Under the pieces are notes generated by a model. That model saw nothing but the letters and a program-made list of their open reading frames with translations. It searched no databases and had not been told where the DNA came from. Below, piece after piece: positions 31,286 to 40,297 of a stretch of 64,000 nt of DNA (its first letter is position 1; the number at the start of each line of letters is the position of its first letter). Source of the DNA: Methylococcales bacterium (lineage in GTDB: Bacteria; Pseudomonadota; Gammaproteobacteria; Methylococcales; Methylomonadaceae); assembly GCA_030949405.1 (NCBI GenBank), contig JAUZSN010000002.1, positions 1,720,553 through 1,784,552 of the forward strand. Reading direction: 5' to 3'. Both the position numbers and the translations under genes were made by a program.

Positions 31286-32716
31286 ATGGATACATTCGTA
31301 TTGGTTCTTGGCTTTATAGCGATCATTGGCATCGCTATTATTAAATTATCGAATAAAATTACCCCGCCCTTGTTTGTGATTCCAATGCTAGGTGTTTTTG
31401 CAGGCATTATGATTATTAGGGGTGTTTTTAATAAGGTATTTTTTTATGCTGAACCGGGTTATATTTATCATGTTCGTACCATTACAGGCCAAGAAAAAGT
31501 AATTAGTGACGTTGGGTATAACAGTTATTTATTTGGACGTTATAATTCTTGGAAACGTGCCATGACGGTTCAAGCAAGTTCATTTCAGCAAAAAAATATT
31601 TTAGGATCCAAGGGAGCTGAAGGGGTTAACGATTTGATAGAGGCAGAAAAGGATACGGGAGCGGCTAGTGCGGTATTATCGCCCTTAAATATTATCTTTT
31701 TAGATCAGGTGGATGCAAATATTGAAGCAACCGTACGTTTTTCGATGCCGACCGATCGAGAAGCCTTTTTAAAAATGGCGCATGAATATCGAACGCCTTC
31801 TAATTTATTAAGAACAGCTCTAATCCCAGCCTTTAAAGAAACATTACAAGCAACAGGTTCATTAATGTCTGCTGAAGAGTATTATTTAGGCGGGCGAACA
31901 GAGTTTAATAATGAATTTGAAACTCAAATTACCCAAGGTTTATTAGTGGTAAGGCGAGAAGAAAAATTAGTTGAAACCAAACGAAAAATAAAGGGTTCTG
32001 CTAATGCGGCATTAGGTCAAAATCAAAAAAATTATGGTAATGATTCTAAAATGATTTACGTGGTAACACGACTGCTTGATAAACACGGTATTCCACGACG
32101 TAAAAAACAAAAATTTGGGGATTATGGCGTGACTGTTATTGATGCACGCATTACTGACTTAGTCCCTAATAGTAAATTTATTGAGCGAATGCAATTAAAG
32201 CAAAAAGCATCGGCTGATAGGGCGATTGCGAGAGAGCAGCGAATACAAGAAGAAGAGCAGCGTTTATTAGCCATTGCAACAGGAGAACGTGAAGTCGCTG
32301 AAAGACAAGCAAAAGCTAAAGTGGTACAAATTCAACGTACCACAGAAGCTGAAACGGAAAAGCAATTAGCCATTACTCACGCCCTAAAACTCAAAGCAGA
32401 ATCTGAAATTGGCAGGGAAACAGCCCAAATTAACTTAGAAAAAGCGCGTATTGATGCAGAAACGAAACAAACTTTAGCAGAGGCTGAGGCGTATCAAAAA
32501 CGAGTTATTTTAGAAGCCGATGATGCCTTAGCGCAAAAGCTAGACGCTGAGGTTAAAATTCAAACAATTTGGGCGCAAGCGTATGCAAAACGAGCGGTTC
32601 CAACGAATGTTTTTGGGGGCGGTAATGGAACACCGACAGGACGTGATGATGAAGCAAAAACATTTATGAAGTTATTAACCTTAGAGACCGCTGAAAGATT
32701 AGACTTGTTCTTCTAA
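31286..32716 (+). CDS. SPFH/band-7 flotillin-like protein. The last six codons and the stop come from the IS terminal repeat.
   Basis: It has an N-terminal transmembrane segment, an SPFH domain, and a C-terminal Ala/Glu-rich coiled coil (AEAEAYQKR...). It ends ...RLDLFF*, encoded by AGATTAGACTTGTTCTTCTAA. Confidence 0.75.
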   Translation: MDTFVLVLGFIAIIGIAIIKLSNKITPPLFVIPMLGVFAGIMIIRGVFNKVFFYAEPGYIYHVRTITGQEKVISDVGYNSYLFGRYNSWKRAMTVQASSFQQKNILGSKGAEGVNDLIEAEKDTGAASAVLSPLNIIFLDQVDANIEATVRFSMPTDREAFLKMAHEYRTPSNLLRTALIPAFKETLQATGSLMSAEEYYLGGRTEFNNEFETQITQGLLVVRREEKLVETKRKIKGSANAALGQNQKNYGNDSKMIYVVTRLLDKHGIPRRKKQKFGDYGVTVIDARITDLVPNSKFIERMQLKQKASADRAIAREQRIQEEEQRLLAIATGEREVAERQAKAKVVQIQRTTEAETEKQLAITHALKLKAESEIGRETAQINLEKARIDAETKQTLAEAEAYQKRVILEADDALAQKLDAEVKIQTIWAQAYAKRAVPTNVFGGGNGTPTGRDDEAKTFMKLLTLETAERLDLFF

Positions 32717-32868
32717 ATAAAATATATTAAAATCAATTGCTTATATATAATTGATAACATTCACAATCAGTTGATACAGCCTAATAAATAAACTTTAAAT
32801 TAAATTATTAAAAATAATAAATAAGCTTTATAATAAATTTCTATAAAAAATAAAAATCAAAGTATAAC

Positions 32869-33339
32869 ATGAAAATAAAAGAAATTTTACCAAGAATTTA
32901 TGATGATAGACAGTTAAGAGCTTTAACAGGATTAAAAACAGAACATTTTATTTTACTATTATCTCTATTTGAAAAGACCCTTATTGAAGATCAAAAAGAA
33001 AAACATGAAAATAAAGAAAGAAAATACGGTAGTGGTTTAGATAGCACATTAAAAACACCCGCAGACAAATTATTATTTATATTAAATTATATGAAGTGCT
33101 ATTCTACTTTCGATCACTTAGGGTTTTCTTTTAATATGAATAAATCATGCGCCCATACTCATGTATACAAATTATTTCCAATTTTAATAAAGACGTTAGA
33201 TATATTTAATGTTTTACCTGCAACAAGTTTTTCAACCCCTGAAGAAATGCAGCAGGCTTTTGGCGGAGTTCAAACATTGATAATAGATGCTACAGAGCGT
33301 GCTGTACAACGCCCTAGTGACTATGAAGAACAAAATTAA
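32869..33339 (+). pseudogene. Transposase orfA, carrying a premature TAA created by a G-to-T change just upstream of the A8 slippery run.
   Basis: It ends ...SDYEEQN* where copy 1 reads ...EEQNEFYSGKKN. The A8 run is at 33352-33359. Confidence 0.65.
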
Positions 33340-33452
33340 TTTTACAGTGGTAAAAAAAACAGCATACAATTAAAAATACCACTATAGCTTCTTTAGGTCA
33401 TTTAATTTTATATATTGGGGTTAGTTTTCCAGGTAAAAATCATGATTATGGA

Positions 33453-33797
33453 ATGTTTAAAAAAGAATTTAATCCAGAATTAAATTGGTTTAGTAATTTT
33501 AATATATTTATTGATTTAGGTTATTTGGGGTTTAATAATGAATATAAAACTAATTCGGTAAATATTCCTCATAAAAAACCAAATAAATCTAAGCATAATC
33601 CAAACCCAACATTAACAGAAAATAAAAAAAAAGAAAACAAAGATATGAGTCGTGAAAGAGTCATTGTTGAGCATGTAATCGGTGGAATGAAAAGATATAG
33701 ATGCCTAGTTGACAAGTTTAGAAATAAAAAAGAAGGTGTAAAAGATTTATTTTCTTTTTTAGCGGCTATCCTATGGAATTTTAACATGATATATTAA
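33453..33797 (+). CDS. Transposase orfB. Its DDE_Tnp_4 C-terminal domain appears intact. The reading frame is open upstream of the annotated Met, back toward the slippery site.
   Basis: GKNHDYGMFKKEFNPELNWFSNFNIFIDLGYLGF...SRERVIVEHVIGGMKRYRCL matches the Harbinger-type DDE region. Confidence 0.7.
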   Translation: MFKKEFNPELNWFSNFNIFIDLGYLGFNNEYKTNSVNIPHKKPNKSKHNPNPTLTENKKKENKDMSRERVIVEHVIGGMKRYRCLVDKFRNKKEGVKDLFSFLAAILWNFNMIY

Positions 33798-33895
33798 CTT
33801 CTTCTTAAAGAACAAGTCTATTGAATTATCGTCGTAAAATCACTAAAAAATCGCCAAGAAAAAATAAATTAAAAATAGAATAATCAGTTGATTTT

Positions 33896-34049
33896 CAGGT
33901 ATTCTTCATTTTTCGGTTTACAGTTTAAATCGGAGTCCAATAGCTTTAGCTGTTGGTGAGTCACGAAAATAGCTAAAGTTATTTTACTCCACGCTATTTT
34001 TTAAGAATGAAGTGTAAACTATTTTTGAGCTAAATGAAGGATGCCGATT
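33896..34049. repeat. Copy B of the roughly 150-bp structured non-coding element.
   Basis: It aligns with 22407-22558. The stem ccaatagct/agctgttgg keeps pairing through a G-U wobble if transcribed from the + strand. Confidence 0.7.
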
Positions 34050-34270
34050 TTCATGTTATTTTTATGGGTAATGGGATTAAACTGAATCGATGCTGAAATT
34101 AAATAATTTATTTTAAAATTGCGTCGATCAATATTTTGAAACTTTTTTATCTAAGCGGAAAATTTTGAGTGAATGATTTAAATTGTATTTTTTTGTGTTA
34201 GAATAACTCTTACATGAGCTAGAAGCTTATGTATTAATAATCATATAAACAACACGAGGGTTCGTAATTA

Positions 34271-34657
34271 ATGAAACTTTTAAAACATATTGCTTTAGGT
34301 CTTTTTCTTGCTGTTTCTTCAGTAGGCGTTTCTTCAGTAGCTTTTGCTGAATCTGATGCAGGTAGAATTTCATATGAACCAGCCGAGGCAATTGATTTAG
34401 TTGTTAGCAAAATCAAAGAAGCTGAAGAAGCCATTAAAGCGGGTGGCGATAATATGGATATTGCTAATATTATCAAAGAAGCTAAAGACTATAGTAAAGA
34501 AATCAATGCAAATGATAATGTTGATGTTAGACGTCAACGTGCAAATTCTAATTTAACTAAAGCAAGATCACTTGCTAAAAAAGGAAAATTAGAAGAATCA
34601 GGTAAACTTTTAGAAGAAGCAGTTGAAAAATTTGCTGGTTTAAAAGCTCACCTATAA
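34271..34657 (+). CDS. Small secreted or periplasmic hypothetical protein (128 aa) that is helical and Lys/Glu-rich.
   Basis: The signal peptide is MKLLKHIALGLFLAVSSVGVSSVAFA|ES. A ribosome-binding site (acgaggg) precedes it and a terminator follows it. Confidence 0.6.
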   Translation: MKLLKHIALGLFLAVSSVGVSSVAFAESDAGRISYEPAEAIDLVVSKIKEAEEAIKAGGDNMDIANIIKEAKDYSKEINANDNVDVRRQRANSNLTKARSLAKKGKLEESGKLLEEAVEKFAGLKAHL

Positions 34658-34681
34658 ATCGTTTTTTTGATTTTGATTTAT

Positions 34682-34714
34682 CAGGACACTTTTTAAGTGT
34701 CCTGATTTTTTTTG
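34682..34714. terminator. Bidirectional rho-independent terminator between the secreted-protein gene and rdgB.
   Basis: The hairpin is tcaggacac-tttta-agtgtcctga, followed by T8. The complementary strand has an A/T run that serves rdgB. Confidence 0.75.
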
Positions 34715-35317
34715 TCATTTGCTTTCTAATTGCTGCCTTAATAAGCTTAGGGCTTTCCCACGATGGCTTAAGCTATTTTTTTGTTCAGAACTTAATTGTG
34801 CAGAAGTACAGTTAGACTCATTAACAAAAAAGATAGGATCATAGCCAAACCCATTATCCCCTGCCGCTTGGGAAATAATATTTCCTTCCCATATTCCTTG
34901 TGCAATAAGCGGGCAAGGATCATCCGCATGTAGCATAAAGACCAACACACATACAAATCGTGCATTAGTCGGTTTATCGGGCTGTTGTTTGATTTCGTTT
35001 ATAAGTTTTAAACGGTTGTCATGATCACTAGCATTAAGACCTGCATAACGTGCTGAAATAATACCTGGCTGCCCTCCCAACGCATCAACAACGAGTCCTG
35101 AATCATCCGCAATGGCAGGAAGTTGGCTTTTAAAAGCGGCATGACGGGCTTTTAAAATAGCATTTTCAACAAAGGTTGTTCCCGTTTCATCAACGGCTTT
35201 AATATTAAAGTTGCTTTGAGGAACCATTGAATAATCGGCAAGCATGGTTTGAAACTCATTTATTTTGCCTTGATTATTACTGGCAAGAACGATTTTTTGG
35301 TCTTTAGGAAGTATCAT
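34715..35317 (-). CDS. rdgB: dITP/XTP pyrophosphatase (HAM1 family).
   Basis: KIVLASNNQGKINEF...FGYDPIF. Length is 200 aa. Confidence 0.9.
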   Translation of the reverse strand: MILPKDQKIVLASNNQGKINEFQTMLADYSMVPQSNFNIKAVDETGTTFVENAILKARHAAFKSQLPAIADDSGLVVDALGGQPGIISARYAGLNASDHDNRLKLINEIKQQPDKPTNARFVCVLVFMLHADDPCPLIAQGIWEGNIISQAAGDNGFGYDPIFFVNESNCTSAQLSSEQKNSLSHRGKALSLLRQQLESK

Positions 35318-36039
35318 TAGCTGCCTGCTAAGGCTTGTTGCTGTTTTTCTAATAAGATTTTAATGCCTGAACTTGCTAACGCTAACATGGCATCAAGTTC
35401 CTCTTTCCTAAAGGCATGACCTTCGGCTGTTCCTTGAACTTCAATATAAGCCCCCGCATCATTCATGACGATATTCATATCTGTTTCAGCATGACTGTCT
35501 TCGGCATAGTCTAAATCTAAGACGGGAACGCCCTCATAAATCCCCACCGAAACCGACGCAATTTGCCCGAATAAAGGGTTTTTCTTAATTGTTTTTTTTG
35601 CTAGCATTGCATTAATGGCTAATGATAAAGCAATAAACCCCCCTGTAACCGAGGCTGTTCGGGTTCCGCCATCGGCTTGTAAAACATCACAATCAATCGT
35701 GATGGTATTTTCACCTAAAGCTTTTAGATTAATTCCCGCTCTTAATGAACGGCCAATTAAACGTTGAATTTCTAAGGTTCGTCCGCCTTGTTTCCCTCGC
35801 GTGGCCTCTCGTCCCATACGGTCATGGGTTGAACGAGGGAGCATTCCGTACTCTGCGGTAACCCAGCCTTCGCCTTTCCCTTTTAAAAACCGAGGAACAC
35901 GGCGTTCAACACTGGCGGTACATAACACTTGGGTATCACCATACTCAACCAATACGGAGCCTTCGGCATGTTTGGTAAAATGACAGGTAAATTTAATTTC
36001 TCTTAATTGCTCAGGTAAACGTCCGCTTGGTCTCATCAT
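35317..36039 (-). CDS. rph: Ribonuclease PH.
   Basis: [43 protein letters not shown]. Length is 240 aa. Confidence 0.93.
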   Translation of the reverse strand: MMRPSGRLPEQLREIKFTCHFTKHAEGSVLVEYGDTQVLCTASVERRVPRFLKGKGEGWVTAEYGMLPRSTHDRMGREATRGKQGGRTLEIQRLIGRSLRAGINLKALGENTITIDCDVLQADGGTRTASVTGGFIALSLAINAMLAKKTIKKNPLFGQIASVSVGIYEGVPVLDLDYAEDSHAETDMNIVMNDAGAYIEVQGTAEGHAFRKEELDAMLALASSGIKILLEKQQQALAGS

Positions 36040-36109
36040 GTGATTCTCAATAAAATAAAAACGCTACAGTATACCTTCTTTATGGATAAATGATTAATGA
36101 AGTGGGCAA

Positions 36110-37243
36110 CTAAGGGTTGATTTGTAATAATTTTCGTCTTTGTCGGTAGTCAGCCGATTGCATTTCAGTTAATCGCGATTGAGTTCGCCTAAATTCAAAG
36201 ACCCCATCCTCTTTATAAAGGGAGTCAATAGCCACGGCTGCGCTACAAATTAATTTTATATTAGCCTCATAGAGCGCGTCAATTAAGGTAACAAAACGTC
36301 GTGCTTGGTCGCGGCATTCTATTGATAATTGCGGTATTTCAGCAATAAATACGGTATCAAAACAGTTAGAAATTTCAATATAATCAGCAGATCCTAAATT
36401 TCGATGACAAAGTTCATCAAAGGAACTGTATAGGATACGGCCTGAGACGGCGTTAAAAACTACTTCTCGTTGTTGTATGTTTAATGAATATCGATGAGTT
36501 AGCGCGTTATGGCTTAACTGGGCTAACTTTTGGGTTAAAAAATGACTGGCATCAATACCTAAGCCAATATGGAAACTATAATTTAACGCATCCATAGGGC
36601 GTAAGCGGTAATCTTTTATTGCCACCAGTTCTAAAATATCGGAGGCTTGTTTTAATCGCGCAATAAAGGGTAAAAATAAATCGTGTTGTAAGCCCCCTTT
36701 GTATAAATTATCGGGGTGATAATTTGACGTAGCGACGAAAATTAATCCTTCGGCAAAGAGATGATTAAATAAACGGGTTAATATCATCGCATCGGCAATA
36801 TCGGTGACATTAAATTCATCGAAGCATAATAACCAGGTTGAATGGCGTAACTGTTTGGCAAAAGCGGCGAGAGGATCGCTCTGATTATTTTTACGCCATT
36901 GATGAACAAAAGCATGAACTTCGAGCATAAAATTATGAAAATGAACGCGGCGTTTTTGCTTAATTGGGCAAGCTTCAAAAAATAATTCCATTAACAAGGA
37001 TTTTCCGCGCCCCACATCGCCAAAAATATACAGACTTTTGGCCGATTTTTCTGGGTGTCTTTGTTCAGCCATTGCATAGAGCAGATGTTGTAACGATTCG
37101 AGGACAGCTACTTGGGCGAGGTCAGTTTTAATATGATGTTGCTGAACTAAGTGTTGGTAACGTTTTTTAAGAGCATCTTTTTCAACGCTAAAGGGGTGAG
37201 AAGGCTGCGGTTTTTTAGAGGGCCGAAAAAAATAATTGAACAT
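36110..37243 (-). CDS. zapE: AFG1-like ATPase ZapE.
   Basis: The Walker A LYIFGDVGRGKSLLMELFF is typical of the AFG1/ZapE family. Length is 377 aa. Confidence 0.85.
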   Translation of the reverse strand: MFNYFFRPSKKPQPSHPFSVEKDALKKRYQHLVQQHHIKTDLAQVAVLESLQHLLYAMAEQRHPEKSAKSLYIFGDVGRGKSLLMELFFEACPIKQKRRVHFHNFMLEVHAFVHQWRKNNQSDPLAAFAKQLRHSTWLLCFDEFNVTDIADAMILTRLFNHLFAEGLIFVATSNYHPDNLYKGGLQHDLFLPFIARLKQASDILELVAIKDYRLRPMDALNYSFHIGLGIDASHFLTQKLAQLSHNALTHRYSLNIQQREVVFNAVSGRILYSSFDELCHRNLGSADYIEISNCFDTVFIAEIPQLSIECRDQARRFVTLIDALYEANIKLICSAAVAIDSLYKEDGVFEFRRTQSRLTEMQSADYRQRRKLLQINP

Positions 37244-37337
37244 TTATTTTAGAGAAATGAATGAGTGATTAGAGAAATGAATGAGTGATAGGAGTCACGA
37301 AGAAAGTCGGAATTAGGCCAATTTATTGAGTGTGAGT

Positions 37338-38687
37338 TTATATTTTTGCTAATTCGGTGGCTAAGTGATGATAATTAATTAAATAAAAATGCTCAGGTTT
37401 ATTATTACACTGCTCTAAAATTAGCTCTCCACCGTGTATTAAAAAAACGGCAACGGGTATGTTGCGCGCTAATAACTGCTTAACGAATGATTGACGCGCA
37501 TTATCCCAGTGCATTAACACACAAAAAAAGCTGCTACACTGTCCTAACTGTGAAAATACATGCTGTTGTAATTTTTCAAAGGCAGTTTCAGAGCTTGTTT
37601 GTACGGCGGCTAAAATTTCTTGTAAATGTGGTAAGTGATCCACGCCTCTTCCCGTGGTAAAACAATAAGCTTGATGACCGACAAACATTAAGTCTAATAA
37701 GGCTTCATTTTGGCGTTCGCTCATCGCAATAGAGGCGGCAACAGAGACCGCCGCTTCAAACTGATCGTTCGGCTGTGATCCGACAAAGGTATCTAATAAT
37801 AAGGCTCGACGTACAAAATATTCATCTTGATATTCTTTAACGATTAATTTGCCTTGTTTAGCGTAACTTTTCCAGTGAATGGTATTTAAGGGATCGCCTT
37901 GTTGATAATCACGTAACGACATAAATTCCGATGAATCACCGACTGAATTGGCTAAGGAAACACCCCCTTGTTGATATTTACGTTGACCGCTTAAATTCAA
38001 GGGGTTTATCGGGTAACGTTGGGGTAAAATAAGTAAACTTTGGCTATTATTCAATAAAATAAGTCGTCGATAAAGACCTAAGCGATCTGTTTTTGCTAAA
38101 TAGCTGTTATCTAAGGTTAATTTTCCCCGTCGTGTTGGGGTTAAGTGGATTTTAACGGAGAGCGGGCGTTGACTTAATGGGGGCAAGGGGGTTTCATCAA
38201 GAATTCCACCGCGTTGGTAATTTAAAAACTGATACCATTTTTTAAAGCCGATGAAACGCTTAAAAAAAGGTTGATGTTTGGATTGATAAAATGTGTGTAA
38301 TTGGCTTAATAACGGCGCAGAAACGTGTAAGCGTTCAATTAAAATTAATTGATCGTAGGTATTTGGGGTTAAATTTTTTAGAATAATGTTATAACTAAAA
38401 CGCTCCCCTACGGTTGCATAGCGGGGTAATTGTCGGTGACTAGAGACGTTTAAACGATTAAAAAGGCTATTGATGAAAGCCAGTAAGATTAAAGCGAATA
38501 AAAAGGCCGCTAATTGATAAGTTGTACTTTGTTTGGTATCAATACCAAACACAATCGCCATCGACATCACTAATAAAATTAAGTGGCCATTAAAGCTAAA
38601 GTGATAACGCCGCCAATGATCATAACGATAAATTTTATAATAGAGTCGAAGTAAAAAACGCTGAAACATGTTTAAAAATGGGATCAA
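37338..38687 (-). CDS. DUF58 domain membrane protein.
   Basis: GDSSEFMSLRDYQQGDPLNTIHWKSYAKQGKLIVKEY is the DUF58 signature. N-terminal transmembrane helices are present. Confidence 0.75.
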   Translation of the reverse strand: MIPFLNMFQRFLLRLYYKIYRYDHWRRYHFSFNGHLILLVMSMAIVFGIDTKQSTTYQLAAFLFALILLAFINSLFNRLNVSSHRQLPRYATVGERFSYNIILKNLTPNTYDQLILIERLHVSAPLLSQLHTFYQSKHQPFFKRFIGFKKWYQFLNYQRGGILDETPLPPLSQRPLSVKIHLTPTRRGKLTLDNSYLAKTDRLGLYRRLILLNNSQSLLILPQRYPINPLNLSGQRKYQQGGVSLANSVGDSSEFMSLRDYQQGDPLNTIHWKSYAKQGKLIVKEYQDEYFVRRALLLDTFVGSQPNDQFEAAVSVAASIAMSERQNEALLDLMFVGHQAYCFTTGRGVDHLPHLQEILAAVQTSSETAFEKLQQHVFSQLGQCSSFFCVLMHWDNARQSFVKQLLARNIPVAVFLIHGGELILEQCNNKPEHFYLINYHHLATELAKI

Positions 38688-38813
38688 AGTTGATTAATGT
38701 AACAATCTTAGCAGTTTAAATTAATCGGTGTTGTTTTAAAACTGCCCCTTGATTTTTTTGATTATGACATTTGATAAGGATTGAAACGATTAAATACCTG
38801 ATTACTGTTATAA

Positions 38814-40226
38814 TTGCCCTCTTTAAATGAGAATAATACCATTATGACGCGCGATAGTTTTTCAACACTTCCCCTGAGTAAAAACCAACTAACTAATTTA
38901 GATTCTCTGGGCTACCAGCGAATGACTGCCATTCAGGCACAAGGTTTGCCGCATGTCTTACAAGGGAAAGATTTAATTGCACAGGCAAAAACAGGAAGTG
39001 GAAAAACAGCAACTTTTGGTATTGGTTTATTAAATGCACTTAATCCGCGATTTTTTGGCGTACAAGGTTTAGTTTTATGCCCTACGCGTGAATTAGCCGA
39101 TCAAGTGGGTAAAGAATTGCGTAAATTAGCCCGCGCTATCCCCAATATAAAAGTAGTCCTCCTTTGTGGCGGGAAGCCGTTTGCCTTTCAAAAAGATTCC
39201 TTACAGCATGGGGCGCATATTGTTGTTGGAACACCAGGACGGATTCAAGATCATTTAAAACGGGAAACATTAGACCTAAAGGGTTTAAAAACCTTCGTGT
39301 TAGACGAAGCGGATCGAATGTTGGATATGGGATTTTCGGAGGTGATTAATGACATTATTAATCAAACGCCTGCGACACGTCAGACCTTACTTTTTTCGGC
39401 GACCTATCCTAATTCGATTAAAAAAATGTGTCACTCTGTTTTAGATAACCCGATAACGGTTAGCGTTGAATCGGAACATCAAACCAATATTATTAAGCAA
39501 ACCTTTTATTCTGTAAAAGAATCGCAGCGTTTTGATAGTTTATTGGCCTTATTTGAGCATTATCAACCTGAAACAACCGTTGTTTTTTGTCATACGAAAA
39601 TTCAATGTAATGAAGTGGCCCGATTTTTAGACGGTCATGCTATTGAGGCTTTAGCGATTCATGGCGATTTAGAACAACGTGATCGTGACCAAGTATTAGT
39701 TCGCTTTGCCAACAAAAGTTGTTCGGTTTTAGTGGCAACCGATGTGGCTGCGCGAGGCTTAGATATTAAATCGTTATCAGCAGTGATTAATTTTGAATTA
39801 CCGCGAGACCCTGAAATTTATGTTCATCGTATTGGACGAACGGGGCGAGCGGGAGAGACTGGCATGGCCTTGAGTCTTTTTATTGACTCTGAAAAAATGC
39901 GGGTCACAGCGATTGAGGGCTATCAAGATAAAGCCTGTGTTTATGAGGATTTTAAGCACTTAAATCGGGATGCTAAATTTTCTGTTCACCCGAAGATGGC
40001 GACGTTACAAATTGATGCTGGTCGAAAAAATAAAGTCCGTGCAGGTGATATTTTAGGGGCTTTAACGGGGGATGCGGGGTTAAAAGGCCCTCAAATTGGT
40101 AAAATTGATATTTTTGATAAGCAAAGTTATATTGCCATTGAGCGCATGGCCTTACGCAAAGTTTTAAATTATTTTATCGAAGGCAAAGTAAAAGGTCGTA
40201 GCGTCAGAGCGCGAATGATTTCTTAA
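38814..40226 (+). CDS. dbpA: DEAD-box RNA helicase DbpA, with a C-terminal domain specific for 23S rRNA.
   Basis: AKTGSGKT, DEAD (VLDEAD), SAT and HRIGRTGRAG are present. The C-terminal segment LQIDAGRKNKVRAGDILGAL is the DbpA RNA-binding domain. Confidence 0.88.
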   Translation: MPSLNENNTIMTRDSFSTLPLSKNQLTNLDSLGYQRMTAIQAQGLPHVLQGKDLIAQAKTGSGKTATFGIGLLNALNPRFFGVQGLVLCPTRELADQVGKELRKLARAIPNIKVVLLCGGKPFAFQKDSLQHGAHIVVGTPGRIQDHLKRETLDLKGLKTFVLDEADRMLDMGFSEVINDIINQTPATRQTLLFSATYPNSIKKMCHSVLDNPITVSVESEHQTNIIKQTFYSVKESQRFDSLLALFEHYQPETTVVFCHTKIQCNEVARFLDGHAIEALAIHGDLEQRDRDQVLVRFANKSCSVLVATDVAARGLDIKSLSAVINFELPRDPEIYVHRIGRTGRAGETGMALSLFIDSEKMRVTAIEGYQDKACVYEDFKHLNRDAKFSVHPKMATLQIDAGRKNKVRAGDILGALTGDAGLKGPQIGKIDIFDKQSYIAIERMALRKVLNYFIEGKVKGRSVRARMIS

Positions 40227-40297
40227 AATAAACGCATTAAATTAAGTTTAACGCGTCTATTTAGATTATTTATCCTGCTTTATTTTTTATCTCTAAT

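Larger units (their letters stand above)
32701..33819 (+). mobile_element. IS5-family element, copy 3 (1119 bp, target-site duplication ATT).
   Basis: The ends are agacttgttc...gaacaagtct, flanked by att (32698-700) and att (33820-22). Confidence 0.85.
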
